Below are positions 1-9,587 of a DNA stretch of 64,000 bases, one piece after another (position 1 is the stretch's first letter; each line of letters starts with the position of its first letter). The translations under genes were made by a program, and so were the position numbers. The notes beneath the pieces were generated by a model that worked only from the letters and a program-made list of their open reading frames with translations, searched no databases and had not been told where the DNA came from. The stretch is from an uncultured Bacteroidales bacterium (GTDB lineage: Bacteria; Bacteroidota; Bacteroidia; Bacteroidales; Bacteroidaceae), in assembly GCA_902800925.1 (NCBI GenBank), contig CADCGD010000005.1:6431-70430 (forward strand), in the 5' to 3' direction.

Positions 1-1
1 T

Positions 2-2056
2 GGCCTGAAGGACATGCCTTACCGCGTATCATTGGGCTACACAGACCAAAACGGTATCGTCAAGTCAACCTACTTCCGCCGTTACACAGGTAGCTTCAAT
101 ATCTCGCCATCATTGTTAAACGACCACCTGCGTCTAAACATTTCTGGTAAGATTATGTCAGCGCAGCGTCGCTGGGACAATGGCGCAGTAGGTGCAGCCG
201 CTTATATGGATCCCACCAAACCGATTCGTCTGAACCAAGACATCTACAACAAATACTTCAATGGATATTTCCAGTGGGCTAAGGCAGCTGGATTCCCTAA
301 CGATACAGCTTGGGAATATGCATGGGACGGCAATGCAACAGCTAACCCTGTAGCATTGGTAGAAAATAACGGAACCGAGAGCAATGCCTGGACTTATCAA
401 GGAAACATCGGCGTGGATTACTCTATCCATGGTTTGGAGGATCTCCACATTTTGGCCAATCTGGCGGGCAATCTGACACGTACCAAAGAGGAGACCAGTA
501 ACAGTCCTTATACCACTTCCAGCTACTACTATGGTTGGGATGGATGGAACAAGAAAAAAAATTACAATACCCTCTTCAACATATTCCTGCAGTACACAAA
601 AGAACTGCAAAAGGATGTGCACAATCTAGACGTACAGGTGGGTTATGAGTGGCAGCGCTATCATGCATGGAGTGATAACGATGGACATGGCATCATTCCA
701 GAAACAGCATCTGTTGATGCAGGCAAGTACTACAACGAGCCAACTGGCATCACCGAATGGAAAACAGAAAACCGCCTACGCTCATGGATTGGTCGCGTGA
801 ACTATACTTTCCTGAACCGCTACCTCCTTACCTTCACTATGCGTGCAGATGGTTCGTCACGTTTCTCTGAGGGAAATGAGTGGGGCTATTTCCCCGCAGC
901 CGCATTGGCATGGCGCGTAAAAGAAGAGCCGTTCCTTCGCGACAACAATGTTGTCAGCGATTTGAAGATACGCCTGACCTATGGTAAGACCGGACAGCAG
1001 AATATCGGCTACGATTTCTACTATATTCCCACATTCACGGCTAACTACAATCACGCCTATTATCCCCTCTTCGGTGATGGTCAGACAGTACGTCCCGGTG
1101 TCTATAACAAAGATTTGACCTGGGAGAAGACAACCACCTACGACGCAGGATTCGACATTTCACTTTGGAACGACCGGTTCAGTCTTACAGCAGACTGGTA
1201 CTATCGTAAGACTACCGACCTGATTAACAACATCTACGTCCCTGCAGGTGCCAACTTTGGTGCACAGACGGTGGGCAACATTGGTGAACTACACAACACT
1301 GGTGTTGAGTTTATGGCAACCGTTCGTCCTATTGTTTCAAAGGACCTGAACTGGCAGATTACCTACAACTTCACCTATAATAAGAATAAGATTGACGATC
1401 TGGCATCCGACCTCATCGAATATGGCGGTATCGGTCTGTCTAAGAACGGACAAGCCTACCAGACTGGTTATCCTTCTAGTTCATTCTATGTCTATAGGCA
1501 GGTTTACGACGAGAATGGTAACATTGTACCTCACACCTTTGTTGATCGTAACGGTAATGGCACGCTCGACAGCAACGACCGTTACTTCTACTATCATGCT
1601 GACCCCGACGTAACAATGGGTCTGGGATCAAAGGTAACATACAAGAACTGGGACTTCAGCTTCAACAGCCGTGCCAGTTTCGGCAATCATGTGTTCAATG
1701 GAAACATCAATGGCACATACATTAGCGGTCAAGGACTTGGCTCAACGCTAAACTTCATGCACAACATTCCAACACAGGCACTCAAGTATGGACTGACCGA
1801 TGCATCGGAAGCCCAGCCAGCATCTGACTGCTGGGTTCAGAACGCATCATTCTTCAAACTTGACAACATTACTGTCGGCTACTCGTTCCAGAAGCTCTTC
1901 GGCTACAACATCAGCGGTCGCGTCTATGCTACCGCACAGAATATCTTCACCATCACCAACTACGATGGTCTTGATCCTGAGATTCAGGGCGGTATCGAAA
2001 GCAGCATTTACCCTCGTCCGTTCACATCTATTCTGGGTGTAAGTCTGAACTTCTAA
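2..2056 (+). CDS. SusC/RagA TonB-dependent receptor (5' truncated by window edge)
   Basis: Frame is open from the window start. Barrel motifs RADGSSRF, LTWEKTTTYDAG, YDGLDPE, YPRP and a terminal Phe; followed by a SusD. Confidence 0.95.
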   Translation, partial: GLKDMPYRVSLGYTDQNGIVKSTYFRRYTGSFNISPSLLNDHLRLNISGKIMSAQRRWDNGAVGAAAYMDPTKPIRLNQDIYNKYFNGYFQWAKAAGFPNDTAWEYAWDGNATANPVALVENNGTESNAWTYQGNIGVDYSIHGLEDLHILANLAGNLTRTKEETSNSPYTTSSYYYGWDGWNKKKNYNTLFNIFLQYTKELQKDVHNLDVQVGYEWQRYHAWSDNDGHGIIPETASVDAGKYYNEPTGITEWKTENRLRSWIGRVNYTFLNRYLLTFTMRADGSSRFSEGNEWGYFPAAALAWRVKEEPFLRDNNVVSDLKIRLTYGKTGQQNIGYDFYYIPTFTANYNHAYYPLFGDGQTVRPGVYNKDLTWEKTTTYDAGFDISLWNDRFSLTADWYYRKTTDLINNIYVPAGANFGAQTVGNIGELHNTGVEFMATVRPIVSKDLNWQITYNFTYNKNKIDDLASDLIEYGGIGLSKNGQAYQTGYPSSSFYVYRQVYDENGNIVPHTFVDRNGNGTLDSNDRYFYYHADPDVTMGLGSKVTYKNWDFSFNSRASFGNHVFNGNINGTYISGQGLGSTLNFMHNIPTQALKYGLTDASEAQPASDCWVQNASFFKLDNITVGYSFQKLFGYNISGRVYATAQNIFTITNYDGLDPEIQGGIESSIYPRPFTSILGVSLNF

Positions 2057-2095
2057 TCTATTCCTACTTTATTAAAACTATAAAGGATTATCATT

Positions 2096-3727
2096 ATGAA
2101 TATCAAAGGTATAAAAAACATATTGGCTGTGGCCGTAATGGGTTTTTCTGCACTTTGCTTCACTGCTTGCTCTGAAGATGCTCCAATATTTGGAGGTTCG
2201 TTGCACCCAGACAACCCAAATCCACAGCAAACCACTCAGGCCGACTATGACGGAATCCTGAACAAAATTTATGGAAACCTGGCCTTGACAGGTCTTACAG
2301 GTCCTCACGGAAATAGCGACCTCCCCAGTGATATCGATGAAGGTATGTCGGTATTTATGCGTGTGGTATGGTATGCCAATGAGCTGCCTTCAGACGAGGC
2401 TCTCTGTGCCTGGCTGACCGATGCCGGTATCCCTGAGTTCAATCGTGGCACGTGGGGTGACAACCATGCTCTGCTTCGTGGTTTGTATTACCGCTGCATG
2501 TTCGGTATCACCATGAGCAACTTCTTCTTGGAAAACGCTCCTTCGTCTCTCGACGAATATAGCCACAAAGCGGCTGAGGTTCGTTTCATGCGTGCACTCT
2601 ACTACTACTATCTGATGGATATGTTTGGCAATCCTCCATTCATTACCACAGTGACTTCTGAAGCACCTGTACAGGCTTCTCGTCAGGAAATCTTCAACTT
2701 CATCGAAAGTGAGCTGAAGGATATTATAGGTGAAGGAGCTGGTTCTGATGTACTGGCAGCACCCAAGAGCATTAAGTATGGCCGTGCCGATATGGCAGCA
2801 GGATACATGCTTCTGATGCGTATGTACCTCAATGCAGAGGTCTATACAGGTACGGCTCGCTGGCAGGATGCCATGAATTATGCACAGAAAGCTATTAGCT
2901 CTGGTTACACACTGAGCACGACACCCAAAAACGGCTATTCGGCTTACCAACTGCTGTTCATGGGCGACAACGACAGCAACGGTGCGCAGAACGAGATAGT
3001 ATTCCCCATCCTGTTTGACGGTGAACTGACCCAGAGCTGGGGTGGAGTATTCCTCTGCGCTGGTACAGTAAACGCTGCAGACGTAGCAGCCTATTCCACT
3101 GGCATGACCAGTGCCTGGGGTGGTATACGCGCCAAGCCATACTTCGTACAGAAGTGGTTCCCGAACGACGATGCACCTACTGGAACTCCTGCAGACCTGA
3201 TTGCTGCTGCAGGCGATGACCGTTGTCTGTTCATGACGCAAGGCCACGAATTGGAGAACACCGCTGAGGACAAGTTTGAGAATGGATTTGGATATATCAA
3301 GTTCTTGAACACCCATGCTGACGGCAGCGAGACACACAATGCCGAGCATACCGACTACGACTTCCCACTCTTCCGTCTGGCTGAGGCTTATCTGACCTAT
3401 GCAGAGGCTGAGGCTCGTCTGAACAACGGAAACGTAGGCACTACCGGCTTGAACTATATCAAGGATCTGCGCAACCGTGCCAATGCCAATAGTAACCTCA
3501 GCGTATTCTCTCTGGCCGACATAGAGGATGAGTGGAGCAAGGAATTTGGTTTTGAGGGACGCCGTCGCATGGATATGATTCGTTTCGGCAACTACACGGG
3601 TGTCCGTCGTTGCTGGATTGGTGGTAGTGCTGCTGGAGGTACAATGCCTGCATACCGCAATCTCTTCCCGCTGCCTTCAAGTGATTTGGTAGCCAATGAG
3701 AATCTGAAGCAGAACCAAGGTTATTAA
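2096..3727 (+). CDS. SusD/RagB nutrient-binding lipoprotein (starch SusD-like)
   Basis: Lipobox FTAC; motifs EVRFMRALYY, FRLAEAYL, EFGFEGRRRMDMIRFG, QNQGY end. Confidence 0.95.
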   Translation: MNIKGIKNILAVAVMGFSALCFTACSEDAPIFGGSLHPDNPNPQQTTQADYDGILNKIYGNLALTGLTGPHGNSDLPSDIDEGMSVFMRVVWYANELPSDEALCAWLTDAGIPEFNRGTWGDNHALLRGLYYRCMFGITMSNFFLENAPSSLDEYSHKAAEVRFMRALYYYYLMDMFGNPPFITTVTSEAPVQASRQEIFNFIESELKDIIGEGAGSDVLAAPKSIKYGRADMAAGYMLLMRMYLNAEVYTGTARWQDAMNYAQKAISSGYTLSTTPKNGYSAYQLLFMGDNDSNGAQNEIVFPILFDGELTQSWGGVFLCAGTVNAADVAAYSTGMTSAWGGIRAKPYFVQKWFPNDDAPTGTPADLIAAAGDDRCLFMTQGHELENTAEDKFENGFGYIKFLNTHADGSETHNAEHTDYDFPLFRLAEAYLTYAEAEARLNNGNVGTTGLNYIKDLRNRANANSNLSVFSLADIEDEWSKEFGFEGRRRMDMIRFGNYTGVRRCWIGGSAAGGTMPAYRNLFPLPSSDLVANENLKQNQGY

Positions 3728-3744
3728 TTTAAACACAATCGAAA

Positions 3745-4893
3745 ATGAAAAAGTTAAGTATATTAGCATCCGTGGTTACGGCATTAGTAGCCTTCACTGC
3801 CTGCTCTACCGACCGCGATGACAATCCTACGCTATCGATACCCACTGATGCCAGCTTCACTCTTTATGCACCTGGCATTACGAGCAATGTCATCAACTTA
3901 GACAACTCTACGGACATCGTCTTCAAGGCTGACCAGCCCAACTATGGATATACTGCCAGCATTCGCTATATGATGGAGTTTGCAGCCTCTCAAGATGGTA
4001 GCACATGGTCTTCATGGCAAACGACGGAAACCAGCAATGAGAATCCGCTTGCCATTACTATTCCACGCAGTGAAATTGCAGGCGCCGTTACTTCTGGTTT
4101 GGTAGAACTGGGACGTGATGAGGCGGAATTCCCACTCGAAGCTAAGGTGAAAGCTCGCGTCCGTGCCTTCCTCGCAGGACTGGAAGAGACTTCTTCTATC
4201 TATTCCCAAGAACTGACATTTACCGCTACCACCTCATACGTATTGCCTCCAGTTCCATCACTGAAGTTCTATGTTGTCGGTGCACAGCCTGGTTGGAGTG
4301 GTGCCCAAGCATTAACAGCTCTGCTCTATCCTGAAGGTGGAGATGTCTATACCTACACCACCAAGTACACTGGTGCATGGGATCTGAAGATATGGGCTGA
4401 AGAAGATGCCAAGGGTGAAGTATGGGACAATGCCTACGGTTGTGTAACCGATGGTGACGCCTCTCCTGCAGGTACTATCATTAACGCAAATGCACAGGCT
4501 ATCTCAGCACCTTCAGCAGAGATTTATACCTTTACCTTCGACAAGCACCACATGAGTTACAAGTGGGTCAAGGAAGAGAATCAGAATCCGACTGAATACA
4601 CGTCAATCTCTCTGATTGGTAACTTCAACGATTGGGCAGGAGACGTTGATATGACTCAGGTTGCTCCTCACAACTGGTATGTTGAGCACACCTTCACTAT
4701 CGACGATGTTGAATTCAAGTTCCGTGCCAACCACGACTGGGGTACCAACTGGGGTGCTACTTGGACAGTCGCCAGTGATAACTTCGCAGCAGTAGGCGTA
4801 GGTGGTGGTGACAACATCAAGTGTGCCAAGGGAACCTATCGTTTCTACATCAACGACATCACCAGCAAGATGTGCGTGGTGCCCGTAGAATAA
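3745..4893 (+). CDS. SusE-like surface glycan-binding lipoprotein
   Basis: Lipobox FTAC; SusE/F-type motifs IGNFNDW and EFKFRANHDWGTNWG; position after SusD. Confidence 0.8.
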   Translation: MKKLSILASVVTALVAFTACSTDRDDNPTLSIPTDASFTLYAPGITSNVINLDNSTDIVFKADQPNYGYTASIRYMMEFAASQDGSTWSSWQTTETSNENPLAITIPRSEIAGAVTSGLVELGRDEAEFPLEAKVKARVRAFLAGLEETSSIYSQELTFTATTSYVLPPVPSLKFYVVGAQPGWSGAQALTALLYPEGGDVYTYTTKYTGAWDLKIWAEEDAKGEVWDNAYGCVTDGDASPAGTIINANAQAISAPSAEIYTFTFDKHHMSYKWVKEENQNPTEYTSISLIGNFNDWAGDVDMTQVAPHNWYVEHTFTIDDVEFKFRANHDWGTNWGATWTVASDNFAAVGVGGGDNIKCAKGTYRFYINDITSKMCVVPVE

Positions 4894-4926
4894 GATTAAC
4901 ATCATTAACCAAAAAAGAACAGAACA

Positions 4927-6330
4927 ATGAAAAAGTTATCATTATATCTGACACTCGCATTGGCGGGGGTATTCATGACTGCTTGCGGTCCTGAAGATAA
5001 CGAATTCGCAGGTCTGAAGACAGTTGAGGCAGACGAATCTGTGACCATACCAGGATTCACTGTGTCGGCGCCAAGCACCATCGACCTGAATGGTATGGAG
5101 ATTAGCGAAGAGCAGGACGTGTCGGTTTTCACACTTTCTGAGACGGCATTGCCTGACGGTGTAACTATCTCAAAGGGTGAAATCAAGTTTACTGATGGCA
5201 CCATTATTCTTACCACTCCCGATGGCAAGGTATCTGGTAAAGAACTGTCTGCTTACGTAGCGTCAATTTACGGACTGCGTCCACAGGCACGCTCAGTATC
5301 AGGTACTGTCTACATCTACTTTGTCCAAAATGGCGCTGCCGTAAAGGCAAAGGTTGGTGACATTAATCTCTCTGTAGTTCCAAAGGCTCCAGTGATTGCT
5401 GCCACTTATTACCTCACAGGTACTATGAATGGTTGGGACAATACGAACACTGACTTTGAATTAGGCAATGGTGGTGAGGATCCCTATACCAATCCGACAT
5501 TTACCTGCAAGCTCAGCATGGAAGCTTTAGGCAATCCCACATCTATCGAGTTCAAGGCAACACCAGTCGATGGTCTGGGTGGCGATTGGAGCGGCTGTCT
5601 TGGAGCTGGTGAGAACGGAAAGTTTGAATATAACAATGGTGGTGGCAACTTCAAGATTGAAGGTATTGCAGCTAACACCAAATTTATCAATCTTACTTTC
5701 CAGATGCTTGACCAAACATGGAGTTATAAAGAGGTGGCATTCGGTGAGTATCTCTGGGAAGCTGGTGTAAACAACAACTGGGGTTCTGAAGCTCAGCCAT
5801 TGTATTGTGGCGATGGTAACGGAACATACGTAGGTTTCTTCTATGCTCAGGATGCAGACTGGTCTGGTGGCAAGGGTGCTTTCAAGTTCCAGACAGAATT
5901 CAATAACTGGAATGCTACAAACTATGGTATAGGTAGCGGTAACGACTCAGAAGGTACACTGGCTGAAGGTGCCGATAATATCATGGTTACTCCAGGATTC
6001 TATCGTGCAGAAATCAACCTTGCAGCATTGACTTATAAGCTGACTCCTGTTCAGATTGGCATCGTAGGTCCTGCACAGACAGGTGGCTGGAACGCAGATA
6101 CCGATATGACTTACAACCCAGAGACCCGTGCATGGGAGGCTACACTCGAACTTGCTGCTGATGAGTTTAAGTTCCGTGCTAACGATGATTGGGCAATCAA
6201 CTGGGGTGGTTCAAAAGACAACCTCACTCAGGGTGGAGATAATCTTAAGATTACCGAGGCTGGAACTTACTTCATCCAGTTCTTCCCCAACTGTGAAACC
6301 AAGTCATACTGTACCATTACAGCGAAGTAA
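4927..6330 (+). CDS. SusF-like surface glycan-binding lipoprotein
   Basis: Lipobox MTAC; motifs LTGTMNGW and EFKFRANDDWAINWG typical of SusE/F carbohydrate-binding domains. Confidence 0.8.
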   Translation: MKKLSLYLTLALAGVFMTACGPEDNEFAGLKTVEADESVTIPGFTVSAPSTIDLNGMEISEEQDVSVFTLSETALPDGVTISKGEIKFTDGTIILTTPDGKVSGKELSAYVASIYGLRPQARSVSGTVYIYFVQNGAAVKAKVGDINLSVVPKAPVIAATYYLTGTMNGWDNTNTDFELGNGGEDPYTNPTFTCKLSMEALGNPTSIEFKATPVDGLGGDWSGCLGAGENGKFEYNNGGGNFKIEGIAANTKFINLTFQMLDQTWSYKEVAFGEYLWEAGVNNNWGSEAQPLYCGDGNGTYVGFFYAQDADWSGGKGAFKFQTEFNNWNATNYGIGSGNDSEGTLAEGADNIMVTPGFYRAEINLAALTYKLTPVQIGIVGPAQTGGWNADTDMTYNPETRAWEATLELAADEFKFRANDDWAINWGGSKDNLTQGGDNLKITEAGTYFIQFFPNCETKSYCTITAK

Positions 6331-6374
6331 GACATACACACCTTTTATCTAACTAGCAAAACGCGATTAACAGT

Positions 6375-6412
6375 GGGTATTGTCTAAAGAGATGATACCC
6401 GCTTATTTTTTT
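6375..6412 (+). terminator. Putative intrinsic terminator after susF-like gene
   Basis: gggtat...ataccc stem followed by a T-rich tract. Confidence 0.5.
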
Positions 6413-6460
6413 CTATAGAAAAACTTGGAAATCAAAATCTAATTAGCTAACTTTGCAGAT

Positions 6461-7555
6461 ATGAAACGTAAACTATTGATTGTTTTAGCTGCACTTGTTG
6501 CAGTCACATCACAGGCCCAACACAAATATCTGGGTGGTGACATATCGCTACTTCCCTCTTATGAAAAGCAAGGAACTATTTATAAAGATTTCAACGGGAA
6601 GACTATCGAACTGCTTCCTTACCTCAAGCAGTTAGGCTGGAATGCCATTCGTGTCCGACTGTTTGTTGACCCACAAAACGCTCCCGAAAGTCACAAAGGC
6701 GAAGGCGTGTGTCAGGATCTTGATTACGTCATCGAATTTTCAAAGCAGATTAAGCAAGCAGGCCTGGAACTCATGTTAGACTTCCACTATAGTGACACAT
6801 GGGCAGACCCCGCCAAACAGTTCACACCTAAGCGTTGGGAACAGGCTAATGCACAGCAATTAGCAGATAGTGTCTATGCTTATACAAGATCATCGTTACT
6901 GGCCATGAAACAAGCAGGTATAGAGCCCGACATGATACAGGTTGGCAACGAGATTACCAACGGTATGCTTTGGCCCACAGCACATATTGACCCGACAAAA
7001 GATGAGGGCTGGGATATTCTCGGTTCCTTTCTTCGAGCAGGATGCAAGGCCTGCCGCGAAATCTGTCCTAAAGCACAGATTATCATTCACACAGAGAAAG
7101 CTGGCGACTGGGACATTACCAGATCCTACTATCAGCACTTAAAGCAACAGCAAGTGGACTACGACATCATTGGACTAAGCTATTACCCCATGTGGCACGG
7201 CACTATCCCCAATTTAGGAAAGAACCTAAACTTGCTAGCAGAGTATTTCCCCAAAAAATCTGTCATGATAGTAGAGACTGCTGCCTACTATTCTCACGAG
7301 AATGACCCATGGGCCACCCCAGACCAATATGCAGAGTTCTATCCTATTAGCAAAGAAGGTCAGACCCAATTCACTCGTGAACTCGTGGCCGAACTCAAGA
7401 AGCATAACAACGTCACTGGTCTCTTCTGGTGGTTTCCTGAAGAGAATGCCTATGGCAACAGCGTTGTTAAAGGATGGCTCAATCGTGGACTCTTCGACAA
7501 CCAGACTGGTCAAGTACTACCAGCCATGAAGGAGTTCAACTACTTCTTACCATAG
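6461..7555 (+). CDS. GH53 endo-beta-1,4-galactanase
   Basis: Signal peptide; GH53 motifs GGDIS, IRVRLFVDP, DFHYSDTWADP, QVGNE, GLSYYP. Own promoter box taactttg at 6448-6455. Confidence 0.95.
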   Translation: MKRKLLIVLAALVAVTSQAQHKYLGGDISLLPSYEKQGTIYKDFNGKTIELLPYLKQLGWNAIRVRLFVDPQNAPESHKGEGVCQDLDYVIEFSKQIKQAGLELMLDFHYSDTWADPAKQFTPKRWEQANAQQLADSVYAYTRSSLLAMKQAGIEPDMIQVGNEITNGMLWPTAHIDPTKDEGWDILGSFLRAGCKACREICPKAQIIIHTEKAGDWDITRSYYQHLKQQQVDYDIIGLSYYPMWHGTIPNLGKNLNLLAEYFPKKSVMIVETAAYYSHENDPWATPDQYAEFYPISKEGQTQFTRELVAELKKHNNVTGLFWWFPEENAYGNSVVKGWLNRGLFDNQTGQVLPAMKEFNYFLP

Positions 7556-7574
7556 AAACGAAACACACCTAAGT

Positions 7575-7685
7575 CTAACTATAAAAACACAAAATCAGGC
7601 GGGCACCATCGACACGAGGCGGTGCCCGCTTCTCTTTTTGCACCAAACATTTGGAAGTTTGGATTATAATCCTTATCTTTGCAGC
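7575..7685 (+). repeat. Cassette-boundary repeat copy 1 (hairpin + T tract + promoter)
   Basis: gcgggcacc (7599-7607) / ggtgcccgc (7621-7629), then ttctctttttgcaccaaacatttggaagttt and TTTG-N20-TATCTTTG (7650-7681). Confidence 0.9.
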
Positions 7686-7710
7686 AGAAAACAATAAAAA
7701 AATAAAAGAA

Positions 7711-7980
7711 ATGGCTACAATAACATTAAATGCAACAGCATACAATGATGCCATGAAGTATGCAAAGACTCAAAACATTAGTGTTGATGAGTTCGTTGTT
7801 TCTTTGATTACCAATTATGTGCAATCAAAGAAAAAGAAGTTCTCTCTCCAGCCTATTGAAGAACTAGCCCCAGAGCTGCAGGAAATCCTCAATATGCCAA
7901 TTAATGGTCAGATAGACGCTGATGACATTAATGGTGAAAAGGCAAGGATGGAATACTATAATGAGAAGTACGAGTTATGA
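7711..7980 (+). CDS. Putative antitoxin (RHH-like, DUF6364-like) paired with PIN toxin
   Basis: ATG at 7711 downstream of the promoter; AMKYAKTQNISVDEFV RHH-like N-terminus; ATGA overlap with the PIN gene. Confidence 0.75.
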   Translation: MATITLNATAYNDAMKYAKTQNISVDEFVVSLITNYVQSKKKKFSLQPIEELAPELQEILNMPINGQIDADDINGEKARMEYYNEKYEL

Positions 7981-8396
7981 AAGTCTTCTTAGACACCAAC
8001 ATCCTTATCGACTTCATTGCAAGACGTGATGGATTCTATGAATATGCAGCCAACATTATCAATCTTGGCATCCGCGGTGAGGTTAAACTTTATGCAACTC
8101 CTATGTCATTTGCAACATGCATCTTCATTGCAAGGAAAATGCTTGGTTATGATGGTGTAGTTAAAGCAATGCAAATTCTCAGTAATTACATTGAGATAAC
8201 AACAATGGATTCTGCGCAATGTCATCATGCATTGTTCTCAAAAATGCCTGATTTTGAAGACATGCTACAATTTGAATCAGCATACGCAACTGGATGTGAA
8301 TTGATTATAACTAGGAACAAGAAACATTTCCCCCAAGATGCCATTCAGTTATTAGAACCATCAGAGTTCTTTGATTGCTATTGGTCTGTTGACTAA
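7977..8396 (+). CDS. PIN-domain (VapC-like) toxin
   Basis: KVFLDTNILID N-terminus; DFEDMLQ and IITRNKKHF PIN motifs. Confidence 0.9.
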   Translation: MKVFLDTNILIDFIARRDGFYEYAANIINLGIRGEVKLYATPMSFATCIFIARKMLGYDGVVKAMQILSNYIEITTMDSAQCHHALFSKMPDFEDMLQFESAYATGCELIITRNKKHFPQDAIQLLEPSEFFDCYWSVD

Positions 8397-8503
8397 CTAT
8401 AAAAAACCAACTATCACGCGGGCACCACCAATACGAGGCGGTGCCCGCTTCTCTTTTTGCACCAAACATTTGGAAGTTTCAATAATAATCCCTAACTTTG
8501 CAA
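8393..8503 (+). repeat. Cassette-boundary repeat copy 2
   Basis: gcgggcacc (8418-8426) / ggtgcccgc (8440-8448), the same downstream ttctctttttgcaccaaacatttggaagttt, and TTTG-N20-TAACTTTG (8469-8500). Confidence 0.9.
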
Positions 8504-8524
8504 CGTCATAAAGAACGCATCCAC

Positions 8525-8896
8525 ATGAAAGCCAAAGAACCATTGCTTAAATCATATACAAATTCCATTATTCCCCACCTGCGCAACTATATCGTAGATA
8601 AGGTGGAGAACGAGCAAGACGTGGCCGTACTCCAACAGCTTTATGCTGTTATTACCCCAAAGGATAGCGAATCTTTTGCAGAAAGATTTACTCAAGCCCA
8701 AAAACAGACCGAACAGTATTGTGTTCCTGAGATTGCCGCGGAATTGGAAAGCGAAGGTTATATGATCGGTAAGCCCTACCCCTATGATGACGAGGCTTTT
8801 GACTTCGACCAAGCAATACGTGAAGACGAAGCAGACGAAGTTGCCCCAGACGAATGGGTTGAAAAAATGTTTCCAGAGATCAATGTTAAAGGTTAA
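8525..8896 (+). CDS. Putative antitoxin (acidic, unclassified)
   Basis: ATG 8525 just after the promoter; acidic C-terminus; overlaps a ParE/RelE-like gene by 14 nt. Confidence 0.6.
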   Translation: MKAKEPLLKSYTNSIIPHLRNYIVDKVENEQDVAVLQQLYAVITPKDSESFAERFTQAQKQTEQYCVPEIAAELESEGYMIGKPYPYDDEAFDFDQAIREDEADEVAPDEWVEKMFPEINVKG

Positions 8897-9185
8897 GTGG
8901 GGGAAAAGAGCTTTCCGTATCTTCATCAGGCAGTGGAGATGGGAAGGCGATAATGTCGGCATTCAGGCTGCAGAAACCATGCGTTCTAATGTTGCAGAAA
9001 CCATAAAACGCATACAACAGATGCCAACCATCGGTATTGAGCATAAGACAAAAGGGGGAAAAACATATCGGTCAATCTTAACACACCCAAAGAGTTCGTT
9101 ATACTATTGGCATGATGATAAAGAACTACACATCGTCCGATTTGTTATTGCGATGAAAAACAAGACATCACTCCCAACCCTATAA
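8883..9185 (+). CDS. RelE/ParE-family toxin-like protein
   Basis: 100 aa basic protein: MLKVKWGKRA...IKRIQQMPTIG...YRSILTHPKSSLYY...LHIVRF, the usual ParE/RelE pattern. Confidence 0.75.
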   Translation: MLKVKWGKRAFRIFIRQWRWEGDNVGIQAAETMRSNVAETIKRIQQMPTIGIEHKTKGGKTYRSILTHPKSSLYYWHDDKELHIVRFVIAMKNKTSLPTL

Positions 9186-9229
9186 CACACCATTCAGGCG
9201 GGCACCACCAACACGAGGCGGTGCCCGCC
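9180..9229 (+). repeat. Cassette-boundary repeat copy 3 (hairpin only, no promoter)
   Basis: ggcgggcacc (9197-9206) / ggtgcccgcc (9220-9229) with the same loop accaacacgaggc. Confidence 0.9.
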
Positions 9230-9268
9230 TTTATTATGGAAAAAATCAGTGATGACACTGGCAAAGTC

Positions 9269-9535
9269 GGCAACGAGACAGCTGTAGCTGGCAACGAGAT
9301 AGCTGTTCCCGCATGCGGGACAGCTATTCCCATGAGTGGGACAGCTGTAGCGGGGGAAAAGTCGTACGGTTTTTGCCAAAAGTGGTACAGCTTTTCAGAA
9401 AGTGGTACGGCTTTTCGAAAAGTGGTACCACTTTTTCGTGTATTAGTTGTAGCCGCCAACGGGAACAGCTGTCCCAGCGCTGGGATGAGCTAATACAGAG
9501 ATGGGATAAGCTAATACAGAGATGGGATGAGCTGA
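9269..9535. repeat. Phased 20-22 bp array of palindrome-centred units
   Basis: AGCT centres at 9280, 9301, 9322, 9343; GTAC at 9364, 9385, 9405, 9425; AGCT at 9467, 9488, 9509, 9530. Confidence 0.85.
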
Positions 9536-9587
9536 CCTGCGCGCATGCGCGCACGCCTGCGCCGCGCGCAAGAAGTTTTCAAAAAAA

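Noticed and set aside
7651-7710. Upstream TTG starts from the ORF track (also 8498, 19147, 27678, 31382)
   Set aside because: They fall within promoter boxes or repeats; downstream ATGs are more plausible.
7573-9229. Classical integron attC sites
   Set aside because: Only copy 1 starts with an RYYYAAC-like box (GTCTAAC); there is no matching GTTRRRY end and no IntI gene. Kept only as an analogy.
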